A stretch of 64,000 nucleotides of DNA, from contig NW_024704742.1 of NCBI RefSeq assembly GCF_018977255.1, forward strand, positions 130,264,001 to 130,328,000, in the 5' to 3' direction. Made by a program: the position numbers and the translations under genes. Shown one piece after another: positions 27,801 to 39,800 of the stretch; the stretch's first letter is position 1; every line of letters begins with the position of its first letter. The notes beneath the pieces are model-generated. The model was not told where the DNA came from and did not search any database. It was given only the letters and a program-made list of their open reading frames with translations. This DNA is from Callorhinchus milii. Lineage: Eukaryota.

Positions 27801-30800
27801 AGGGTCTACAGCACAACACTTGTTATTAAATACTTCAGAATGTATCATGACAGAGAACAAGTGGGCATAGGTTTAGAGTTGCAAAGAGCAATCTCAGGAC
27901 AGATACCAGAAAGGTTTTCTTTACGCGGGGCGTAATCAATGACTGGTATAGGTTTCCAAGAAAGGTGGTTGAAGCCTGGACACTGGACTCATTTAAAAAG
28001 CAGCCTGATGCAGTGATGGGGGGATAGCACGGTGGGTATTCTGGAGGGATGAGATAGGATGGGCAGAAGGGCCTTCTTCAGCCAGACTAATCATGTGAAC
28101 TTGTGATTTTATACTAATTGGAATTCTCTAGCACAAACCGTGAGGATTGCTGAGCCACACAGCTCTCAGGTTATAAAAGATGATAATGGACCAAAATCAC
28201 AGTGACCGAATCAATTTAAACGGGACAGATTGTCTATCACAGGGTAGGCTATTGGGAGTTGAGACCAGGGACGTGTGTTACCAACCCCTATGTAACCACG
28301 GACGTGATTGATTCGTGCTTTGTGACCAAAGTGTGTGCTTATTAACTTCATGCAAATACTTGCATCTTTGAGTAAGGATGGAAGATGGAAAGTCAAAGTA
28401 AGGATCTCAGAGTCTGAAAGACCAGAAAAATCTATAAATCGCCTTGAAAGAGTTTGTAAACTTTTTTTTATAGGGGGCTGTTTAATGGACTGTGTATTTC
28501 AATAACTTTAAAACACTTTTGTTTGTGTGAAGAACTTAACGGAAACCTGTGAACAGGCTTATTCAGTGTTCCTATTAGAAGAGAAGGGATTTGGCACAGA
28601 AAAAAATGACCCTCAAAGCCTTTGAGACACTGATAGAGTTAATAAACTCTGTTCGTCTGCCAATCATTCAAAATAGCAAACATTGCTTTTTTGTTTTCAA
28701 GGAATGGGAAATCACCAATCTGTGTCACTCTTGAGCCTGTGTTTCCCTCCGAGGAGCAATCAACAGCCTCAGAACGCGTCAGGAATTAGTCTTTCCTTGT
28801 TTTCGTGTGTAAATCTCAGTGCTTGATAAACAGATGGGTTTTTACGCTCTGAATGCACAAGAGAGGGAGGGACCGGGGCCAGCAGACATTCTCCATGCAA
28901 ACGACCTCCGCTCTCCCGTGGAGGGGAACAGAGTTACACGGGTTCTTACCTTGAAGGTCTGGATAGCCTGCTGATGGGTCAATCCCTGCAGAGATTCCCC
29001 ATTAACTTCTAGGATTTCATCTCCTGTGGATTACAGAGCAGTTCCATGAATCCTCGGTGACATTTATACCATTTTGAAGAGACAAAACAGTCCAGTCTCC
29101 CTCCCTCAAGCCCCACCCCCCCCCCGATGCTTTCATTAATATTTAAGAAAACACTAATTAAAGACCTTGATTTAATGCATGTTTGCCCTGGCATTAAATG
29201 TTTTAGTTCTCAGTTGTGGTTTTATTCATTTAGTTTATAATATACTCTTGCATTTGATATATTACGTTGTCGATACGTCTCAAAGTGCTTTGCAGGATAT
29301 ACTGCAAAGCGGATTGACTCTTTATTTTGTCAGCGAAATGCAGCAGCGAGGTTGTCCCACAATCAGTCATGGAGTGAGTAACCAATTATCTTTGGGAGAT
29401 TTGTTGGCCAGGACACCGAGAGAAACAGCTTTCACTTTTCGAATCGTGCCATGGGATATTTAACATCCATCTGAACAGGCAGACGGGGCCTGGCCAACAA
29501 ATCCTACAAATAAAAACTGCTCACTTACTTCACGGCTGTTTGTGGGACATTGCTGTGCAAATTGTCTTCCACATTTGTTCACGAAACACATTTACTGCAC
29601 TTCAACAACAACAAGATTACATTTGTATAGCGCCTTTCACGTGGGGAGGACATCCCAAGGCGCTGGACAGTGTACAGCATTTCATATCCAAGCTGGGGTT
29701 GGGGGGTAAGGGAGGGGAGGGGAAGGGGGTTGCCGATGGCATGGTCGAAGAGGAGGGTCTTGAGGTGGGACTCGAAGGAGGCTAAGCAGGGGGCGAGGCG
29801 GAGTGACTGGGGGATGGAATTTCAGAGGTTGGGGACAGAGTGGCTGAAGGCTCTCCCGCCAATGGTGGGGCGGGGGACGTGGAGCAGGCCAGAGCCGGCT
29901 GAGTGGAGGGAACGGGCGGGTTTGGAGGGGGTTAAGAGGTTGCGAAGGTAGGGTGGGGCGAGGCCATGGAGGGCTTTGTATGTGAGGACACTAGATCCTC
30001 TGAAGGATAGGGAGTCTGTGGAGTCGGGCGAGAGTGGGAGAGATAGGGTCACGGAGTTTGGGCGGGAGAGGAGTTCTGGATTATCTGTAGCCTGTGGAGG
30101 GAGGAGTTGGGAAGGCCGACAAGCAGGGCATTTGCATAGTCGAGCCTGGAGGTGATGGAGGCACGAACAAGAGTTTCAGCGGCCTGAGAAGTGAGGTAGT
30201 GGCGGAGTCGGGCGATGTTACGGAGGTGAGGGAAGGCAGAGCGGGTCATGACTTGAATGTGGGGGAGAAAAGACAGTTGAGGGTCGAACAAGACACCTGG
30301 GTTCCTGACTGGCTTGGTGAGTTGTAGTGTGCAAGCATGGAGGTTGATGCTGCCAGAGCCTGTAAAGGTTACTGTAAAGCGCTCTGAGACACCGTCCAGC
30401 GTGGAGGGCGCTATATGAATCCAAGTTGTTGTTGTTGTTGTAGCCAGGAGTCCTGGCACGAGCCAATCAGGAGGGCCTCAGTCTTGTTCACATTCAACTG
30501 TAGGAAATTTGCCCTCATCCAGGACTTGATGTCCAACAGGCAGTCTGTCAGGACAGCAGTGGTCCTGGAGTTGAAGGTGGAGGCAGAAAGATAGAGTTGG
30601 GCGTCATCAGCATACATGTACATCTTGTACATCCTGTGAAGCGTTTTGAGACATCCAGATGTGAAAAGTGCTATACTAAATATGAGGATTATCATTATTG
30701 TTATTGTCAGTACTGGGTTCATGTCATCAGGATTTCACTGCAGCTTCAGTAAATGCAGAAAGATCCTCATTCACTGAAGCGCCTCCACCTACACATTCTG

Positions 30801-33800
30801 TCAAGAGTGAGATGAATTCCTCCAGGGAGAGAAGGCAGGCGGTTTCTCCCTGCACAACAGATGCTAACTGACACCTTGGAAAAATGAAATGTGCTTCTTG
30901 GCAGTAATTAATACTAAGCTCCTCACAGCGGGACAGTGGGACCTCCAGCAACCTGCTTAAGCCTCTGAGGCAGAGTAAGTTTTCACTGACACAGCATGAC
31001 AGGAGATTTATAGAATCAATAAAAAGAATTGATTAAAAGGAACCGCAGTTAGGAGGATAATAAGGTGCAAAACAGCGAGTGTTTAACGAGAAAACATGCT
31101 GTTGTGTTACTGGAGCAATTAACTAACTAACTGACTGACTCACTCACTAACTAAGTGCAGTTAATTAGTAACTAACTAATTAATTGCCCGCTGTCAGTGT
31201 GAGGAGGGTTCTCATTCCTTTTGTGGGAATTTAAACACCATTCCCTCAAAAATCTAGGCAAACTGGCAGAAAGTCAAGTTTAGGAAGAAAACCAACTTCA
31301 AGAAGAATCAGAGTAAAATGATTTGCTGTATCAAATGCAAGATTATTATTAGTAGTAGCATTTTTAACAGAGAAAGAGGTGGTGCTTTTCTATGCTGTCA
31401 CATGAAGTTGCACAGCACAGAAGAGACTATTTAACCCAACTAGTCTGTGCCAATGTTTACACTCCACATGAGCCCTGACACCTCCTATTCTCCTCTCCTA
31501 TATCAGTCTTGTCCCATCTCCCTCATACATGCATCAGGTTTTCTCTTAAACGCACTGATGCTTTTTTGTTTCAACTGCAGCTTCCAGCAGTGAGTTCCGC
31601 ATTCTCACCACCCTCTACGCCAAAAACATCCTCCTAAACTCCCTATTTCTGCTGCAAGACACGCACACACACCCCTCGTGCTCACTCACGATACAAAGGA
31701 CAAAGGCATCACTGTTGACTGGAACTAGAAATTATTATTGAATAATAGTAATGATGGATTTATGAATAATAATAGGATTTCCCTCCAAAAATTAATATTA
31801 ATTTGGCCACTCAATCCCCGAGTGTTTGTGAGACACTGCTGTGCGCAATTGGCTGCCGCGTTCGCCCACAAATATACAGTCAATCCAATTTACAGTATAT
31901 CCTGTGAAGTGCTTTGAGACGTCCACATGATGTGAAAGTCCTGTGGAAAATGTGGAGTTCTGTAGCTCAGTGGTTAGAGCACTCGCTTTGCAAGTGAGAG
32001 ACCTGAGTTCAATCCCAGGCAGGGCGAAACCTTGGGCAAGTTTCCTTACTCCACACGCCTAATAATAATCCCTCCAAAAACCAAAAACAATAATTAAATT
32101 GGTCATTTTCAATCTACAACTGTTTGTGGGACATTGCTGTGCGCAATTGGCTGCCGCGTTCGCCCACAAGTATACAGTCAATTCACTTTACAGTGTGTTC
32201 TGTGAAGCACTTTGGGACGTCCTCCCGAAGTGAAAAGCGCTATATCAAATCCAAGGATTATTATTATTATTATTATTAAAGGTACTTCACCAAATGTGGA
32301 GTCCTGTAACTCAATGGTTAGAGCACTCGCCTTGCAAGCAAGACACCTGGGTTCAATTCCAGGCAGGGCGAAACCTTGGGCAAGTTTCCTTACTCCACAC
32401 GCCTGATAATAACCCCTCCAAAAAAAAACAATAATTGGTCATTTTCAATCCAAGACTGTTTGTGGGACATTGCTGTGCGCAATTGGCTGCCGCATTTCGT
32501 CCACAAATATAGAGTACCAATTCACTTTACAGTATATTCTGTGAAGCGCTTTGAGACGTCTAGAAGACGTGAAAAGCACTATATCAAATGCAAGGATTAT
32601 TATATCAAATGCAAGGATTAGTATTCTTTCCTCATTTGCTCTAAGCCAATTGTTCACTGGTAGAGATGAAACAAACACTAAAAGGAGGATATCTGAGTGA
32701 CTGTGACATTCTCAGCCCCCACCTCAACCCCCACCCCCTTCCCCACATTGCAAAGGGTCTTGAAATCCATCAAAGATTTTGAGCGGCTGCTTTAGCTACA
32801 GTTGGGCGACCAGCCAGGGTTTTTTTTGGAGGAGTTCTCATGAGAAGCCAAAAACAATGAGCTATCTTGGAGAAGCCACCGCACCGCTCCCTGGAGCCAA
32901 GATCTTCAATGCCTTAAAGTCGCATTAATAATAATTATCTCTAAACTAACACTGAAAAATTAACGGGGTCATCAGATACAGCACAAACCGTGTCTGCCTT
33001 ATTGACCCACGAACCCACTTACAAGGGTTTGGTTGCAAGCCACGAAAAAAATGGCTTATGTTACTGTCATCAAGCATCATGGATGGAAATACTAGCTGCG
33101 CTACATTCAAAGGAGTTAATAGTTTTCTATGTTTAGTTTACATGAAAGGATATCAAATTCTTAAGTATATAAGGACAAGTTGGAACAACAACTCTTGCAA
33201 ATGCCCATCTGCTATTGTGCTAAACCCTTGGTTTGAGATGCTGATCATTGTCACTGAAACAAAATTGACCTCCGCTGCCCCTGAGTGATTCCATCCTCCC
33301 TCAGAGAGAGTTACACCCCACTGGGATGGGCCGAAGAGGTCACACAAAAGCAATATAACACATTTGTAACACGATGTATGCTTGGATAAATGGTCCAGTT
33401 TCACCAGAGAGCAAGATCACAAATAGAATACAAATTTACATTTATGTAGTGTATTTCATGACGAGAAGACGTCCCAAAGCGCTTAACAATACTGCCTTGC
33501 CACCTGAGCTGGAGGTGGGAGCTGATGGGAGTGGGGAGGGGAAATATAATAATAATAATCCTTGCATTTGATACAGCGCCTCATCTCGTCTTCGAGATGT
33601 CTCAAAGCTCTTCACAGGATATATTGTAAAATGTAGTGACAGCGTATTTTGTGGGCAAAACATGGAAGCAAATTGCACCCAGCAGTGACCCACAAACAGC
33701 CGTGGATTAAGTGACCAAATTATTATTATTATTTTTGGGAGGGATTATTACCCCCAGAAAGTGATCTGCCAATCGACTAACAACCAGGTTATGAAATACT

Positions 33801-36800
33801 GCTAGGTAAACAGAGGTGTGTGGAGTAAGGAAACTTGCCTAAAGTTTCACCCTGCCCAGGAATCAACCCCAGGTCCAATGGCTTGCAAGATGAGTGCTCT
33901 AACCACTAAATTACGGAACTCTATAAGAGGTCACGTAAAGATAACCAAAAGCATGGTCAAAGAGGTAGGTCTTAAGGCTGACCTTAAATAATAGGATTAA
34001 AGCCAATTCAGATTGTGATACCGAACCTCATGGGATCAACTTTGGACCCAATCATTGTGACAAATTCGGGAAGAGCAATGGGGAGGAAGGAAGTGCTTAT
34101 GTCCACAGTCTTCGGGAATAGATGGAAAAATGCAACATCACATCACAGATTCAAGAATACATTGAATATTCATTGGATCTGATGTGCAACTTTGCGTGCT
34201 TCACTTCAATATTTGTCAGAAGCGAGCAAAATCAAAGCCAAAGTAAAATTATTTGCCGCTATTAAATTTTGCTGGAATAACAAACTAGCTGGGCTCAAGG
34301 ATCAGATTTCTGACCTTCCTTCAGTCTCCCGTCAGCAACAGCCGCTCCGTTTGGAAAAATAGTTTTAACAAATATTCCCATCCGGCCTCGAGCAGAATCC
34401 TGGCCACCAACTATGCTGAATCCAAGACCCTGCAAAACACACCAGAAACTATACAAAATCAATAGGATGTCAGTATTGGTTTGAGTAATAATAATAATTT
34501 CATATAGCACCTTATCACATCTTTGAGACGTCTCAAAGCGCTTCACAGAATGTACTGTAAAGTCAATTGACTGGATATTTAGTGCCTTGTATAGAGTACA
34601 AACAACAACATCCGCAAGAAACAAATGGAGGATAGTTCAAAGGTCAGTAAAGCTGCAGAATGTCACGTCAATTGAACTGTAAAAATCTGTTTCCAGCTCT
34701 TCAGAAATTGCCTTCTTCAGGATAAGAGCCAAATGTTCAATCACTCTATAGACACACATGGTTCAAACAACTCTGGTGCCTTTTATTCACGAGGATATTG
34801 AGGCAGCTCTATAAGGAAAGAGGGTCAACTGGATCTTAGACACATAAGGTGTATTTTTAACAACGGATAAAGACATTGAGGGATCGTGGAGTAAGCTGCA
34901 GATACATTCAGGTACTCAACCCTCAAAGTGGCAGCTTTCCTACTGAAGTGACTTGTATGCAGTTCTCCATCCCAAGTGAAAAAGCTTTCCTGCAATAACA
35001 AGGTTTTAACGCAGTCTCCCAGTTAAAATGAGCCAGGGAATCAACATGTTTCAAAAAAAGGAATAGGTGTCAGCCTGGTTCATTTGGTAGCACTCTCCCT
35101 CTGAGTCGGAAGGTTGTGTGCTCAAACCCCACATCAGCTTCTTGAACTCAAAAATCTAGGCCGACACTCCAATACTGTGGCGGGGGAACACTGCATTGTT
35201 GGTGGTGTCGTCCTTTGGACAAGACATTGAAACCGAGGTCCCATCTGCCTGTTCAGATGGACATTAAATATCTTGAAAGAGATATTACTCAAAAAGAGAA
35301 GGGAGTTCTCCTGGTGTTGTCATCAGTTATTTGTTTCATGGTATTTGTGGGACATTGCTGCGAGCAAATTGATTTCTGCATTTGCCTATAGTCGTTACAC
35401 TTTCAAGTAAATCCTGTGAAGCTCTTCAAGACATCCTCCTGACATGAATATATCATATGCAAGTGATTATTGAAAGAGAAGTGAGTTTCTCCTGGTGTCC
35501 TGGCCAACAATCCACCAGATAAAATTGGTAACTCACTCCATGGCTGTTAGTGGGATATTTCTGTGTGCAAACTGGCTGCAGTGTTCGAATACACAGTTAT
35601 TATATTTCACAGCATATCCTGGGAAGCTCTTAGAGACATACTCTCGGTGTGAAAGGCACTGTATCAAATGCAAGGTATAATGATATATAACATATAATTT
35701 CAATAATTACTTGTAATAACAACAATTATAATAAGAAAATCAACGCTCTTCAAGACAGGAAGGACATTAACTGTAGAAGGAGATCAGTGTTACCTTTCCT
35801 TGTCCTTTCATCAGAACAATGTTGGAGATAATGGATGGCTGTGCCAGTCGCCATGGCGATTCCACTTGAACCGTGCTTAAGGAACGTGCCGATTTCTTTA
35901 CTATTTGATACTCCTGAAAAAAATATACAAAGAATGACAAAATGGAGTGGACTTAGAAGCCAGATCATCTCACTCATTAATATCAGCACAAACTTGGGAT
36001 TCCTCCAGTGATGATACTCTAGTCTGTCGGGCAAGCGCTGATCACTTAACTTAAGAGATATTTTTGTCTTTGTCTACAACGATAAATCCCTTTATAAACG
36101 AGTAACAAAACTATTATATCCATTCTTAGCGATTGATGTGTGAGGCTTTATTTCTTTTATTTAAAGTTTTATTTATTTTATTTTTATTTCTAAAACATAT
36201 TAGGTTTTGTTTCTAAGCGCACTGCAAGAAATTCACTGCACATACATGAGAGCCTTCCCACGTGCCAACCAGCTATTTTGGGGTGAACGGGTCACCACTT
36301 CCTGTTAATTGTGAGGAAGCAAAGCAGGCAGTGAGGTCGGTGTCGATATGATGACGCAGAAGGTGGCCATTTTAGCTTCCCATTAAAAAATGGCCAATTT
36401 CTTGCTAATTAGGTCGCTACTCCCTCCTCTTCGGCCTGTTTTTTAAGCACGGGCACCACATGGTCCACCTTTGAGCGTGCATAATGAAACTGTCTACTGG
36501 GCCTCACAACAACTGGGATTTCATGGATCCTAACCACCTCGTTAGAATGAGGCTCTACTGCAGTTTTCCTCCACACCCATCAATGTCGCCATGGTGACCG
36601 AGGCAGGCATGAAAAATGGCCGTCCACACACCTGCCTGGTGCCCACCGCATCCAGCTGCTGTGGAAGGGAGTGCTTCCGCCCACCTCGTGCCGGCTTCTC
36701 TGGCATCTCGCAACTCGTTTCACCGTTCTCCACGATCAGCTCGTCATCTTCGCCCACAGACTCCAAGCGGCTGCCTCCACCTGGCAGAAGAACAGCGAGA

Positions 36801-39800
36801 GAGAAGTAAAGCTTTCAGCTCCTCTGCTGCCAGAAAGAGTTGGGCTCAGCGTTACCTCAACAGCAGCTAAATTACTTTTGTGTCAGGCCTTCGGGGAGCT
36901 GACCGTCAAAGAAAAAAAAGACAACCAGTCCCACCAAACATAATCCAACAACGATTGCCTACAAAACACAGAGTCACCACACTTTACAGTACTTCCTGTT
37001 AAGCACTTTGAGACGTCCTCCTAATGTAAAATGCTCTATACCAAATGCAAGGATTTAAAAAAAACACACATAGCAAATTCAAACCTTCAATAATTAAGAG
37101 CTGAAAAAGTGCTCCTGTGGAAAACTGGTAGCTCACTGCCGGAAAAAAGGCATCTCACAAGATAAACTCTGCTTTCTCCAGAGAATCCTCTACATCTGTT
37201 ACACAGACTACAATTCTGACCTGAGACAAGCTGAGCTCTAACACTGTGGTGAGCGGGTAACCTTCACAGTATCTGAAGCCACTTCAAGCTGAATTACGTT
37301 GCTCTCTATAACACCTTGCTCTAGGGTTCTGTTGGATGCTCTGGTTGCAGATGAACAGTTTTTGCTATATTTATGCAGCAGAATCTGTTTGGCTTTTGGC
37401 TTGCCTCGTGCTTTAACACAAATTCTGGCCCAGTGTGATGTATTTTCTTCTTTTCAGGGGAGTGGGAAACTGTCTGGAACTTTTGGACATAAAGAGAAAA
37501 AGGAATTAACTGTACATTTGTCTAAATCCAGACTGTGTTGGCAGTACACTGGCCCAACATCTTGAGCCAGTAACCGGATTTAGACGAATGACACACCTTG
37601 AGATCTGCTTCTGAACTTCATTGCTCCACTGCCTGGCGTAGGACTGCGGCAGGTCTTCAGAGGTACGTCCACATGACCTCGGTCGTCCGTTTTATCAGTT
37701 TCAGAAACCTGCAGCGCAAAACCAAACAGAGCCAATGAGCCTCAAGTGACACATGCTGTCTGACACTCACCTCCCTCCACTCTTACTCCGTAGGCCTCTT
37801 CCCTGATACAATTTAATCTTTGAAATCGATCACATCGATAAATTGGCCGTGTGTAATGGTAACCACACTGCAGAGTAACGCTTCTCCTAAGCAGCTCATC
37901 CCCAGAGAAACTGACTGCTGCTTTACATTAACAGGATGCAATGTTGAGTGTGTGAGTGAGAATCAAACCCAGAAATTATTCAGTCCGAACCTTGAGCTTA
38001 TCCAACTGAATTACAATAAGATTGTGGCCCTATATTAGAAAGGCTCAAAACATTTGTCAAAAACAAGGAGGTTGGTAAGATAATAATACAACAACAAAAT
38101 TACATTTGTATAGCGTCTTTCACATCAAGAGGATGTCCCAAAGCGCTGGACAATCAGTGTTTCGGACCCAAGCTGGGTAGTCGAGATCGGGGAGGATGAG
38201 TGGCAGAGGGGAAGGAAGGTGACTGAAGGCACGGTCGAAGAGGAGGGTCTTGAGACGGGTCTTGAAGGAGGCAAGGGAGGGGACGAGGCGGAGGGACTGC
38301 GGGATGGAGTTCCAGAGGGTGGGGGCAGAGAGGCTGATAATAATAGTAATATTAAGAAATAATAATACTTGCAAAGGATTTGGTGCTTTATCATGTCATC
38401 AAGAGGTCTCAAAGACCTTACAAGATACAAGTGAAGTGACTATATGTTTTGTGGACGAACATGGCAGCCTATTGATGTGTCCCTTCACTCCCTGGCACCT
38501 CCCTACCTCATCAACCTCCTCACTCCCTAATCCACTACCCAGCGCCTCTGCTTGACTGGCACCAGCCTCCTTCACGCTCTCCCTCAATCCCTCCACATTT
38601 TCCCCTTTCTCATCTTTTTCAAGACCCTAAAAACCTGAAAACCCTCCTTTTCGACCGTGTTTACAGTCACCTTTTCCCACTCTGGCTCATAGTTAGGCTC
38701 CGCCACTGTTAAGCGCTTTGAGACGCTGCCCTGCATGGAAGACGTTATATAAGTGCAATATTGTTGTTGATTACTCTGTTCACCTAGCAGTAAGTTGGAA
38801 CCCAGTTGTTAGTCGATTGGCAGATCACTTTTCTAGGGGTAATAAACCCTTAAAAAAAAACTTGGTCACTCAATCCACTACTGTGCGCAATTGGATGCCG
38901 CGTTTCAGCCACAAAAAACATACAGTCAATTCATTTTACAGTACATACTGTGAAGTGCTTTGAGACGTCTCAAAGACGTGATAAGGCACTATATCAAATG
39001 CAAGGATTATTATTATTATTTATCAACTATTTGTGGGGCACTGCTGTGCGTAATTTGGCTGCCGTGTTTCGTGTACAAAACATACAGTCAATTCACTTTA
39101 CAGCATATTCTTTGAAGCGTCTTAAGACATCTCAACGATGTGATAAGGCGCTATATCAAATGCAAAGATTATTATTATTACAGTATGTGAAGTACTCACT
39201 AGCTCAACCAAAACCCCGAGGTACAGAAGCAATCTAGATCACAAATCTCTAGCCATCAAGGGGAGACTGGCGAGAAAGCACATCGCCCTGTTCTGAACAG
39301 CTCTGTTCCTGGAGCTGGAATTAATCTGTTCCTTTGGCTACAAGCCCTCCTTATATAATGAGATGATTATTACCACATAAGAAATGAGAGTTCGAAGCCA
39401 TTTATAACGATAAACTTTTCCAAGGCACATCTGTGCGATGCCCAAACGGAAAAGTGTTGAGAATACAAAAACTGAAGGGGACAGAAAAATGCATAAACAC
39501 AATAAATTATACATTTTATAGAGGTAGAAAAAAATCTCTCTTCTAACAAGGATACAGTAAATCTGTGTGTTACATGCATAAACACACAGCAACACTTTGC
39601 TAATCTATGCCATCGTTAAACATTAGGAATAACAGAAACCCAAGGAACAGGCTTGAAGCATCTACTGGTCTCAGTTGCTAAATTAGGACTATTATTATTG
39701 ATAACTACTGTGTGTTTCCCATCAACTAGTCAATTAGTAGTGCAATTTATAGTTTCACCCTGGATCACATAAGGTTTTGCAATAGCCATAAGGCTCCTGA

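Noticed and set aside
31114..31187. (ACTA/ACTG)n tract with partial dyad symmetry
   Set aside because: Low-complexity microsatellite; such symmetry is expected by chance
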